A stretch of DNA of 61,610 nt, filler included, from Sphacelaria rigidula (taxonomy: Eukaryota): assembly GCA_964200075.2 (NCBI GenBank). It is 6 parts of 6 records of this genome, joined end to end, with 100 filler letters (N's around TTAATTAATTAA, not from the genome) between each part and the next. Parts side by side here need not be neighbours in the genome. Positions count along the whole stretch, not along the records: positions 20,573 to 30,758 come from CAXNAA020006973.1; positions 30,859 to 41,043 come from CAXNAA020006974.1; 4 more parts are not named here. One strand, given 5' to 3'. A program made the translations under genes and the position numbers. Below are positions 23,880-34,969 of the stretch, one piece after another; the first letter of the stretch is position 1; each line of letters begins with the position of its first letter. The notes beneath the pieces were generated by a model. That model was given only the letters and a program-made list of their open reading frames with translations, was not told the DNA's origin and ran no database searches.

Positions 23880-24478
23880 CTCGGCCGGCGAAAACTCGGC
23901 GTGCTCCATCCCGGCTTGGTAGGGACGGAACTCCTATGGGGTTGGCGTCGGTTCGCAATGACGCTGTCAAACACACAACTCACTGCGTAAGCGAGGCAAC
24001 CAGCTTACCGTTTTGTTTTACGCGCTTGCTTGCGCTTTCTTTGCGGTGACGATGAAAGTGGTCGGGCTAGGTCATATTGTGCGGGGTGGGAGAACTTCAA
24101 TTCCGCGCAAAGGGGATGATCATACTACGTAATGTTTACATGGTGAGACACCCGTGAGACAGTAGTGTGTAACCCGTGGCTGTCTCTAGAAGTGGCGATA
24201 CCAGAAGATAAAGCAGCGCATCGTAGGCTGTTATCCAAATGCAAGATAATCAGTACTCTTTGGGTCCAACATTCTTAGCCGGAGGCAGCTCATCATTCAT
24301 GCGACTCGCCGAATAAATAACGGCGCTTCGCGCTTGGTGATTGACTGCGAGCGTGGTCCGGCGAAATCCCGGCGTGCTCCGTCCCGGGTTTGCAGGGATG
24401 CGAGGTCTACGAGGTCTATGGTCTTATGACTATAGCATGCATGATCATGAGTACCCCCCCCTCCCCTGCCCCCTCCCA
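23880..24478 (+). mobile_element. LINE family 2 3' portion ending GAGTAC plus C-rich tail
   Basis: Homologous to 5096-5466 and 29640-29937. Ends CATGAGTACCCCCCCCTCCCCTGCCCCCTCCC. Confidence 0.8.
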
Positions 24479-25565
24479 CATGAACAAAGTAATAAAAGGG
24501 GTAAGGCACAGATAGGCAGGATGGACGTGATCCTCAGAGACTCGCACCTAGACACTAGGATTAAGACATGTATCCTGATAAGCGTGATTGTACCAAAGTT
24601 GGAATATGCAGGAGAGGTATTGGAGGGGAACGTGAAGTTGGCGAAGAATTTGGAAACAGTATAGATGGCAGCAGCAAAGAAAATACTTGGATGCTCGAAA
24701 ACGACGAGTAAGACAGCTACAGCACTGAGAGCAGAGGTGGGAATGTACTCACTTAAAACGAACAGAGATATGAAAAAATTGCGATGGCAATATAGCTTTT
24801 AACAGCATGTAGAGAAAGAGATTGCCAGATATAGTTGATGGGGCCGTGTGGAAGAAATGTACAAAAGGGCATGCTGGAATAAGGTGGGATAAAGAAGTCG
24901 AGAAAGTATGGAAGGGGATAGGAGGAAACCAAGGCGAAATACTGTTTATAGGTAAAGACGCGGGGTACAAGACAAAAATAAGGGACATGATAGAAATGAG
25001 GGGAAAATGAGCGCTCAGACGAAAAGTAGACGAGGAAGAACACCTGGATAGAGGTGAAAGCATATTTGCATGGCCCAATGCACGCGGCGAAAACTTTGAA
25101 AGTGCGATTCCGGGTGGAAGACCTGGACCTGCCAGAAAGAAGTATATTCACCAGGAATCGGGAGGAGGAGGAAGTAGATGCACAGAATTGTCCCTGTGGC
25201 AAAGGAATAGAGAGCAGAAGTCATTTCGTGGCGGAATGTGAACTATGCAAGGAGGAACGGGACGTGCTAGAGGTGGAAATGGGGAGCGTGAACGCAGGTG
25301 GCATAAGATCGTTTGATGCACTAGATAGTAGCGAGAAAATGATGGCTATACTAGGAGATAGATGGTGGCCACAGACGGCGAAACAGGACGGGAAGAAGAC
25401 ATGTAAAATGTTTTGTGTAATGTATGGAAGAAACGTAATGAGCACCTCAATGTTGGAGCATATCTTTATTAAGAGTAGGAACGGTGTTCCGTGTCGAAAG
25501 GAATGCGTGATCAATGATCAAACAACTGAGGCAAGCACTATATGAGTACGCCCCCCTCCCCCCTA
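24479..25565 (+). mobile_element. 5'-truncated LINE family 1 (C-terminal ORF2 with CCHC-type knuckle)
   Basis: Encodes VPKLEYAGEV, then CPCGKGIESRSHFVAEC and ILGDRWW. Stop at 25545 is followed by GTACGCCCCCCTCCCCCC. Several stops and frameshifts. Confidence 0.85.
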
Positions 25566-27422
25566 ACCCCAACCCGGCGCGCCTCGTCTTCAGACCATGC
25601 CTTCCCTACAAAAGTTACCGCTACGTCGTAGCTTACGTCTAAAACTTTCTTCTCGAGGTCGGGTATGTTCAAAGAGTCGCATTCCGTCGAATGTTTTCCG
25701 GAAAGGACTGGGAACACATCTAGCTTTTGCGTAGGTTACCACGGCTGTTCCCGAATGTCCCCATCACAGGATGAGGGTTAAGTACGGTACTAGTGGAACG
25801 GAGTAGGGTTCATTCCACGGTCTCGTGAGAAAGAGGCTGACGAAGTCACAGTAATGTTTGTCCGAGGAAATCAGATGTGTGCAAAAATGTCAACGCGTTG
25901 TGTACTGAATCATTCAACCGTCTATGATTTCTTGTGAGGAAATAGAAACAAAACCGGGTGGCAAATCGTACCTTGGGATTCGTAATGAATTTCTTCGTAA
26001 TCTCAGGCGTACAACTTCACAGATGAGCAAGAACGACGCTACTGAGCAACATGACACTGAAAACGAAAGTCACGAGATACATTCCTCTATAGTCTGTACA
26101 CGCTGTAGCTGTAGCGTCTGCGTTCTTCTCTCCTGAAAAGCACGGGTCCAACAGGTGGTATCGTAGGTAGCAGTTTCGTATCCCATGACAATGTGGTCTC
26201 TACCGAAGCCCTGCAGCATTTTGTTGAGTACGCTCGAAACTCGTGAACTTTACCTTCGAAAGGGTGAAGACGCAGGTATGGGTCACAGAAGATTGGTCGT
26301 AAGTCCTATGGCCAGATTTTGAAGAGCAAGAAGCTTGAAAATCGAACAACGGTGTCGGGAGTAACGCCAGCTGCAAGTATGACCTTGGTTGTGTACAAGA
26401 ATCTCAAGGCAAATGTGTCCGCAGTCCATATGTAAATCAACGCTCTATGTTTCGCTGCAGATCTTGCTTTTAAAGTTCGTACCTGTATATAGATACGTAC
26501 GGCGTTCGAATATCCCAACCCGAATCCCCTGTGCCCATGCCAGCACGTACCGCCATTGCCCCACGTAGTCTTCCGATCGAGGACAACACATGGGAGAAGA
26601 GTTGTTTCTTTTTCTTGTATAGATGTGAGAGAGATGCGCGATTTGGTATGGATAAATCAAGTGCAGAAAGGTGGCGCATCGAAATCGACGAACATGATAT
26701 GTGCGCCGGTAACTTCCCCTCAGAGTGTGATTCTTAGCTGTTACGTCGTAGTTTTTTTCGAGGGTCGTTCACCACTCTCTACGGTCGTTGTGCGCGTCAG
26801 CGGCAGGGTATATATATATATATATATATTGGGCGGGGGGGGGGGGGGGGGGGGGGGGGNNNNNNNNNNTGCTGGTGTAGGTCCGAATAGGATCCGGCTG
26901 GGGGGCGCGCGGCCGGGGTCGGAGAAGTACCGGTCGCCGGTACGAGGCACGTGGGATACATTAAGCGAGCCAGCGAGAAGAGACGGCGCGGATTTTTCGT
27001 TCGATCGTGTTATGCAAGATACAGGTTCAGAAAATAGTATCCTGTTCCATGCATACGTGTGCAAACGCGGGAGGAAAGACTCCGCGAGCTCATACTCCAC
27101 GGGTCCCGAGAACGGAGCGTGCGCACAGATCGATAACGAGTCATTCCGCTCTCGCTATATAAGCAGAGAGAACCAGAGAGCTAGAGAAGAGAGGAGAAGG
27201 GAGGTAGAGGGAGACAAAGACAAAGACGGAGACAGAGGCAGAGATAGAGAGAAAGAGAGAAAAAGAAAGGGGGGGGGAGATAAAGGGAGATAGAGAGGGA
27301 GAGCATGGGGTCGGTTCAACTTATTTTGAGAGCATGAGCTGAGCGAGTATCCTCGTCGATATACTGCGCAGGAAGCGAGAGCAAGCACACGCTACGCAGT
27401 TCTCCTACTTCGTATACGTATA

Positions 27423-28457
27423 CAAGGAGAGCAAAAACAAATCACCCCGGACCCTCACTCAATTTTTTTTCATTTTTGGTGCTCTGGGAGGGAGGGGCGG
27501 GGAGGGGATATTCTCTTGATCTAGTGCCACCCGGAACGAGTCACTTGATCTTGGAGTCGGGAACGCAAGTTACTTGAACTGAGTATGGGTCAACCATCTC
27601 ACTTGACCTTAGAATGGTTGAGGCAGGTTACTTGATCTCACAGTTGATACATGACAGGTGGGGCAAGTTACTTGAACTGAGTATGGGTGAACCATGTCAC
27701 TTGATCTTAGAATGGTTGAGGCAGGTTACTTGATCTCACAGTTGATACATGATTGGTGAGGCAAGTTACTTGAACTTGGACGGGGAGACAAGTCACTTGA
27801 ACTGAGCGATGGGTGAACCGCGTTACTTGACCTTGGACTGCCTGAAGCAAGTTACTTGAACTACTGTAGATGGACAACAGTCACTTGATATTCGACCAGC
27901 CGAGGCAGGTCGCTTGATCTTACAGGAAATACTTGGTTGACCAGGCAAGTTACTTGAACTTGAACTGGGGGAGGCGAGTTTGTCTTCGTATTGTTTGATA
28001 CTGCTGACACTGACTTGGTAGGCGGATTCCTCGAATCTGAACATAAAATTCTGCCTTCGAGGTCTTACGTAATATATTGTACTTATGATTGTTCGCATCA
28101 GCTGCATTACCTAAATATAATGCATACAGTTACCACGATAGCAACCATTTTCAGACCTGGTTCCCGCGGCATTCATGCAAGCAAGCAATTTTACTGTGCC
28201 ACACTATCGTAGATGTCGTAATTCATTGTAATGTATCACAATCGAATGGCCACAGCCCGTTACATGTTGTCACGACATATAGACCCATCAAAATAAGCTG
28301 CCAAGTCGTAAAATTTGTCCACAAGAAAAAAAAAGAAAAGAAAAGAAAAAAACAATTTTAAGAACAAAAGGCGACCTAAAACACGTTTACTTCGACCTGC
28401 TGCGGGGGGGCGTGAGGGGAGGGTCAAGATCCGGGGCGATCGTGTTTACTATCCTTG
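27423..28457. mobile_element. Non-autonomous DNA transposon with ~30-bp CAAGG TIRs and a near-perfect 7-bp TSD (P-like by termini; tentative)
   Basis: Left end CAAGGAGAGCAAAAACAAATCACCCCGGA versus reverse complement of right end CAAGGATAGTAAACACGATCGCCCCGGA. Flanks are ACGTATA (27416-27422) and ACGCATA (28458-28464). Confidence 0.7.
27512..27980. repeat. Array of 15 T(T/C)ACTTGA(A/T/C)CT-like motifs at mostly 29-bp or 40-bp spacing
   Basis: Motif starts at 27512, 27541, 27570, 27599, 27628, 27668, 27697, 27726, 27766, 27793, 27823, 27852, 27881, 27910 and 27950. Confidence 0.9.
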
Positions 28458-29589
28458 ACGCATACTGCAGCCTTTCCCTCCGTTCACACTCCTGGGAAAT
28501 ACTCATCACCTATCCCTGCCCCACTATATCGGGAAAGAGGTGGCGTATGTGTCCAACAGCTAAGGCATGTAGAACATGGGTACAAGCAGCCCTTGGAGCG
28601 CAGATGCTATTTATCTCTTGTCATATGTTTGACCTCCGCTCTCGCGTCGGGACGAGTCCATAGTCTCTACCGATCAACCCGTTTCTCTTTCCTCCGGTAC
28701 GTCGCTGGCGATTAACTCTCGAGCATCGGATCAGGACTCAAGCGAGCAGCCTGTCGACTTGCGTCGGAGTTTTTACTGTTCCGAGTATTTATTTGGACGA
28801 TGACAATCCCGCGTAGAGAAAGACCCGTGGGGTCGGCGTCAAAAGAACATCAGGTGAACGTTGGTGCTTTCAGGGGGCTATTGAAATGGAGATGTATTTG
28901 TCATTACATTTGCAACAGTCTGTTGCCATGCTCGAGAGGTTCGAGTGTCGCGACCCGCCCTTCATGCACCACCCTTCCTTCCTGTGTGTGTTGCCAGCTC
29001 AGTATCAGCACGATGGTTGCACCCACCACAAACTCCGATCCTTACCATGAAATATACTGATGCGTTGTCCATACTGGCACGATATATCACTCCGCAGTTC
29101 TATGAGGCGCTGTTTCCCCACCCAAAACAATTATTCGACCCCCCCCACCCCAAACCCAATCCGTCAAACTGATATCCGACTAGAGGACCTCACCTGGTGG
29201 CGCTCAAGGGCTTATCAAGGTAGTGAAAACCGCCGTCCCTTCTTCCTGGTGCCCCGGGTATTTGTCCCCACCTCATCCACCCCCTTTTTCTTGGTATTTG
29301 TCGCCGCACGCTGTAATAAATCAGAGATTCGGATCGCGACTGCGTACAAACAATGTTCAACCAGCTGCCTACTAAAAAGGGCATCGGGTCGGTGGCGCCT
29401 CCATCCACGGTACGCGGCCGGTTCAACAGAGCCGCTGCCGGTGGCAGCAGCGGTCGGGGAAAAGCCGCCGGTAACCTACAACAGGAGTTCCAGTGGGAAG
29501 AAGGTGACACCGTGTACCATAAGGTGACTGCGTGTATCACCCCCCCCCCGCTCTCCCCCCCCCCGCACCCCCCCGGGGGCGGGGGCCAC

Positions 29590-29937
29590 CCTGGGGCTGT
29601 CCCTGGAAGTCCCTGCAACCCACATGAGGCAGTGTGCAAGCTGTGGCTGTCCCTGGAAGTGGCGATACCAGGAAATGAAGCAACTTATTCGAGGCTGTCA
29701 CCCATGGGCAAGATGCTTAGTAGGCTTCGGGCAGAACAATCTGAGCAGGATGCAGCTCACTCTTCATGCGACTCGTCGAGCACACCACGGCGCTTCGCGC
29801 TTGGTGGATGATTGCGAGCCTGATCCGGCTAAAACCCGGCGTGCTCCGCCTTGGCTTCGTAGGGATGCGAGGTCAATGGTCTCACAATATGACTATGGCA
29901 TGCAGAGTCATGAGTATACTCGGCCCCTCCCCCTCCC
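29590..29937 (+). mobile_element. 5'-truncated LINE family 2, starting just after a C-rich tract
   Basis: Homologous to 24175-24478. Ends GAGTATACTCGGCCCCTCCCCCTCCC. Confidence 0.78.
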
Positions 29938-31899
29938 GCGACAATAAGCTCGATTTCTCCGAATACAATCGGTCGGCACGCGACCGAAAGTTCCGCTTTT
30001 TCGAAAATACGTTCATGGAGTGATAGATGTATCTCTTGGGAATGCACGATGAAACATTCTTCCCTCGAATATGTACCGCCGCGCCTGGATGGTCGAAGCG
30101 TTGTATCAACCCTACTTTGAGCAGATTTTGCAGGTTTGAATCCCGACAATACGGTAAAGTCCACCGGTTCATGTTTCCAGTTGTTTGCAAGTGCGAGAAG
30201 ATACATGGGTGGAGATAGTAGCAGCATTAGATGAAGGTCAACAACGAGCTGCTGAAGTGCGGATCTGATGAACTGCTGAATACTTGAGCGAGTGCAGCAC
30301 GGGTACCGGAGGAGAAAAGGTTGATTCCTTCCTTGAGACCGCTTTCCGGGCTCGTCCCGGCAGAGGGCGCATTGTAGCGCTGGTCTACCTTTACGTGTAT
30401 CCGGTGTTCACCGGGTCGTCGGCGACTTTCATATGGTGTTGGCGATGATCCGCCGTTATTCTCGAGAATTCGTTTTAGTTGGAACGAGGGCAGGTCCTGG
30501 CATACGAAGTACATACTCAGCACCGTTCCATCGCCATGCGCAAATGTCGTGTGTGTTAGGTGGGTCGTGGTGTTGACTGCCTGAGAGTGTAGGAGTTATT
30601 TGATCTTGTAGAAGTATTATTGTACTCTTAGCCCTCCCCCAGTGAAGGGAAGGGGTGGACAATGCATGGCATAAATGCCAAGACCTACTGCACTCATGAA
30701 AGAAACACCTTACCGATGACCGACCACATGACCTAAGAGAAAGAGCATCAAGCGTTACNNNNNNNNNNNNNNNNNNNNNNNNNNNNNNNNNNNNNNNNNN
30801 NNTTAATTAATTAANNNNNNNNNNNNNNNNNNNNNNNNNNNNNNNNNNNNNNNNNNNNTGCGTGTACCTGGGTTGCAAACCCTGAAATAAAGCTTGGGGA
30901 ATAATTCGTCACGAGTCGACTCATGATACTAAAACCAAGTAACTTTCAGACGAATCATTATTTGTCCGACCCTTGGAAGTTTCCCCTTGGTGTTTTCTTC
31001 CCGCACACATGCTTTTGGCCGCTTGTTTGGGCGGTGGGTTCTGGTGGGACGCGCATCGTTTTTTGGCACTGAAAAGGCACTCGCAATAGAAGAGCTGTCT
31101 GTATCGACATGTAGGTGATGTGCGGGACAAATGGGTCACAAAAACTTGGTGCGACAATTGGAGTGAATTTTCATCAGGGATATGAAGGAAACTTTCCCAA
31201 AAAGCCTGTTGAAAAATATTTGTGCTTCGCGATTCCGCGCTTGCTTGGCGAATTGTGCCACCTCGCGGTCCTGCTGTGCTTTCCCTCGAAGATTCCAGTG
31301 CCTTTCCGACCTTTTCTTACGCCCTTTTTTACTCTCGGCTGCATTCCTCGCGAACGATTTACCTAACCGCCGACAAAAACCTTCGAGCTCTCCCCCGTGC
31401 ATGCCGACGATCTGAGAGAAATATGCTCGTACCCTTTTTTTCGGGGTTACTTGAGGAACCGTTGGTCCGACAAGTAAGAGTCAAACTGGGCCCACGAAGG
31501 ATCGGGAAAGTGCGCTACCCGCCCAGAGATTACAACAGCAAATCTTGTTGTTCCTGGGAGGCACAATCCGTCGAACCCCGTATTCCGACGAGAATTGGCA
31601 CTGAGGCGCCAATATAGTTGTTGTTCTTAGATGTTTTTTTCCGAAGCACGAGACGCGGCCCCACACGATATTTCTGTACCCTGATCCGACGCCAGGCAAG
31701 GACCCCGCACGAATAAACGACAGGATGCTGCTGCCTGCACGTGTTGTATATGGCATCCAACACCACAATAAATACGAGTATCCGTTTCATGCACTCGTAG
31801 TGAAACGGGAGTTCAGTCGGAAAGGCAAGGGTTCGTAACTATATGCTCTACTTTGGAAATCATCATTAACATTTTCTTTAGTAAGATAGACACGAGTTG

Positions 31900-32845
31900 G
31901 TATATTTCCAGCCAAGAAGTGGGTACAGGTAAACGCAAAAGTTGGAGCTGCCTGTGCTACTCCCAAACAACTCAAAATCAATTCCAACGCACTGGCAACA
32001 CGTCCACAGTCCGTGCAGAGCATGCACGCGATTTTTCGCGAACAAAAGCGCGATTTCGGGCCAAAAAGGACCGCGGGGCGCAAAGGCCTCTAGAATACCC
32101 ACTTTATCCGACAATCAGGTGGGTCACTACCATGTCCATCTTGCACCCATTTTGTACGTTTTCCTCCCACTTTCGTCCGAAGCGTACCCAATCGTGAACA
32201 CTCGCGGTTCTCGAAAGCTACCTTCACGTCACGACATGGCTGGAGACCGAATGGCCCAAGAATGTTTCCGACGTTTTCGGTCGACTATTTGTACGGCCTG
32301 GACACTGGAGACCACGCAAACGCACCAGCAACTTGTATCACCCACACCTGAGCACCTCCCATGTCTACACATCACAAGTGTCAAGTTTGCATCTTTGGGT
32401 ATGCCGTACATTTCCACGTTTTAACTCAAGGTGTCCCTTCCTGGGATCTTTGGCTGTGCTGCGCGTTTCTGTTTGTCGTGAAGTGGGTTTTACCGAGTGC
32501 GATCTCGATGGTTGGTCGGTGGGGTGACGTGAAAGGCGGCCTTTGAGGAGAACAAAAATGAAGAGAAAGGGGAGTACAAGATGAACATAGTAGTGTTTGG
32601 TGGGTATACCCACCTGATTGTCGACCAAAGTGGACATGCTGCGAGGTCCTTGTGCCCCGCGGTGCTGTTTGACCCTCAATCGCGTTTTTTTTTCTCAAAA
32701 GTTCGTGCACATGCTCTGCATGGGCTGTGGGGGTCTTGTCTTTGCGTCGGGATTGACTTTAGAGTTGTTGGGCCTAGCACCGGCAGCTCCAACTTTCGTG
32801 TTTGCATATTCCCACCTTCAGGCTGAAAAAGGGGGTGGGTATACT
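31900..32845. mobile_element. Degenerate element with ~270-bp inverted arms
   Basis: 31900-32170 is the diverged reverse complement of 32545-32845 (AAAGTTGGAGCTGCC / GGCAGCTCCAACTTT; GACAATCAGGTGGGT / ACCCACCTGATTGTC). Confidence 0.75.
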
Positions 32846-34969
32846 GACTTTCGACCATTGCCCAAAACTAAATGCGAGCCAGATGTTTGCGCGAAGTTTT
32901 CGTGCAAAGCCATGGAATGTGATGGCTACTTGGTACTGCTCTCAGATGGACAATGCGCGCACCATGCAGCACACCCTCTTGCTGCACACACAGAGCCCTC
33001 AGACCAGCCTGGCATGTCCTCTGCCCGCACCGTATCTCTCTGGATCTAATGGTATTAATCAACTTTTACATTTATTTGCCAGGGATTTTGTCCTGCATCT
33101 ACTGCACAGCATACATTTGGTCTTTGCAATCCCGGTAATCTGCCCACGAGAACTTGCACGACCTGCGCCGTATTTCTCTCGAGTATTGCAAGTTGCTGAA
33201 AGGAGGATTGTACGGTATGCGGTGACATGACTCAATAGCGTCCATGGGCACATTTAAAGGCGGCCCACAGTACAGCTCGAGATATACGAGATTGGCCAGC
33301 CATAAATCCGATTTCCTTCGATACACGATATCTTTTTCAGTTTCCCGAATCAGCCTAATGTGAGTATATCGCTGTGAACTGCAGACCAACTTGCCGATGC
33401 GCGCTCTGCCGCTGAAGAAAGAATGGAACAAAAATATACTCCATGACATTCAACCTTCACGGCGGAGTGCGATTCGACGACAAAATAAGATAGCTGTCGG
33501 GATTCGAATTCGTGACTCTCCGCCCTTGTGGATGTTTCTTGTACCAGTTGGACAGCGAGGTGCAGCGGTGTCACGAAAAGTAGAATACTCTGCCCAATTG
33601 GAGGAGTTTTTAGTCGGAAGTTTACAAAGACCTTCTGCACCCAACTTGGAAAATTCTTGATGGAATCAACCAGATTTGTTTTTCAAGAATCAAATATAAT
33701 TGAGTGATGACAGTTTTCGTTCAGGAAGTTCAAATCGCTCCAGCTTTTCTTTTTTTCCCATACTTGCTCCCGCTACCTTTCCGCGTGCTGACGACATATA
33801 TCGTGCAAAAAAATCCAGCTTTCAACTCCCGAAAATTATGCAGGGAAAAACTGTGGAACCGCCAGTGGGAACTATTGGTTGGCTCAGCTCGTAGATCAGT
33901 CAAGTTGAGACCTTGATCCGTCTCCTTCGTCGTTCAGTTCATCTCCGCTTCGCACTCTCGCCCGGTCCAAGCCGGCCTCAATGGCGAGGGCGCTCAGATA
34001 CAAACGACCTGTTCTCTTTCTCGCGGCAAGGCCACCATGCAATCCAGATAGGAATGCCCTTCGATCGCGCCCATGGTCGCGAGCAGCAGGATCTTGCAGC
34101 TTGAGATAGTGTATCATAAAAGTTGGGACGGGGAGCTGCTCGGTGAGCAAAATCAGCTGCGCTGCTGTGCGTCGTGTTTTGCGAACATTTTTCTTCGCGG
34201 TTTCATGCGCTCGGCTCACAATCTGCGTTAAGATCGATACCTGACCCGGCGGAGGATGGAAAATTTGCCGTGTTTGTTATAGGTGAAAACATATCTTTAC
34301 GATATACTGTACTAGTCTTACGTCAGATTTGGGATTTTCCCGTTGGTCCAGGGCTGCAAAACAGAAACTGGATTTATCTGCTGTGCCATGTGCCACGATT
34401 GTTACGCGATACATACAAGTATGGCAGCCGGTCGATATCGCACCTCAGTCTTTATGCCCCTCTTCACGATATTCAAAGTAACGTTGCGATTGGTTCTTAT
34501 CTCCTCACCATGATACACGGCTGTATGTGTTCTATATGGAGACAGGGTGGGGCGAGGACAAGGATTATGTCTGTTACAGTTTTAAGCAACGAACGCAACA
34601 CAAATGCGAAGGTAGATGATATCTGAATACCTAGCAACGCTCTGTATGCTTGCCTATGCTGCTTGTGTGAGGTCGTCGAGTACTGCCGAAGATGAGGATT
34701 CAAACGACTTTTTTTGCACTGCTGTTGAGTTATTCGTGATTGATCAGCCGACGCCCTCTCCGTCCGCACTGCTGCACCCTAACCTTGATTACCCTTGGTA
34801 TCGGGGGATACATACAGGCGATAGTGCAAGTACGTATACTAATTATCTCAAGTGTCGAGGTGAGCTTCACGATCACGATGTAGAGAAGAAGCATCGAAGC
34901 ATTCGGTGTAACAACGATTGTTTAAAGGGCACGAACTATCGTTTGCGTTCGAAAGCGTGTATATAAGTA

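Larger units (their letters stand above)
20690..29523 (+). pseudogene. Decayed intron-containing UvrD/PcrA-like (SF1A) DNA helicase pseudogene
   Basis: Collinear motif remnants from manual translation: LGDQAFTGMRGG (20796, motif III-like); QLE..FRGTST.VN (20897-20965, motif IV-like, frameshifted); ETKAAQRIVRFI..DIL..TRYIEGA (21969-22170); LLRSYLK..EFHEAVN (22322-22399); GAKRKCKGLSRF (~22583); EALQHFVEYA (~26205); PSIYLDD (~28781); WEEGDTVYHK (29494-29523, Tudor-like). Contains stops and frameshifts. Confidence 0.62.

Noticed and set aside
27512-27980. CRISPR array
   Set aside because: The core is only ~11 bp, spacers resemble each other (many end GAGGCA(A/G)G) and include a 98-bp duplication, there are no cas genes, and the context is eukaryotic inside a TIR element.
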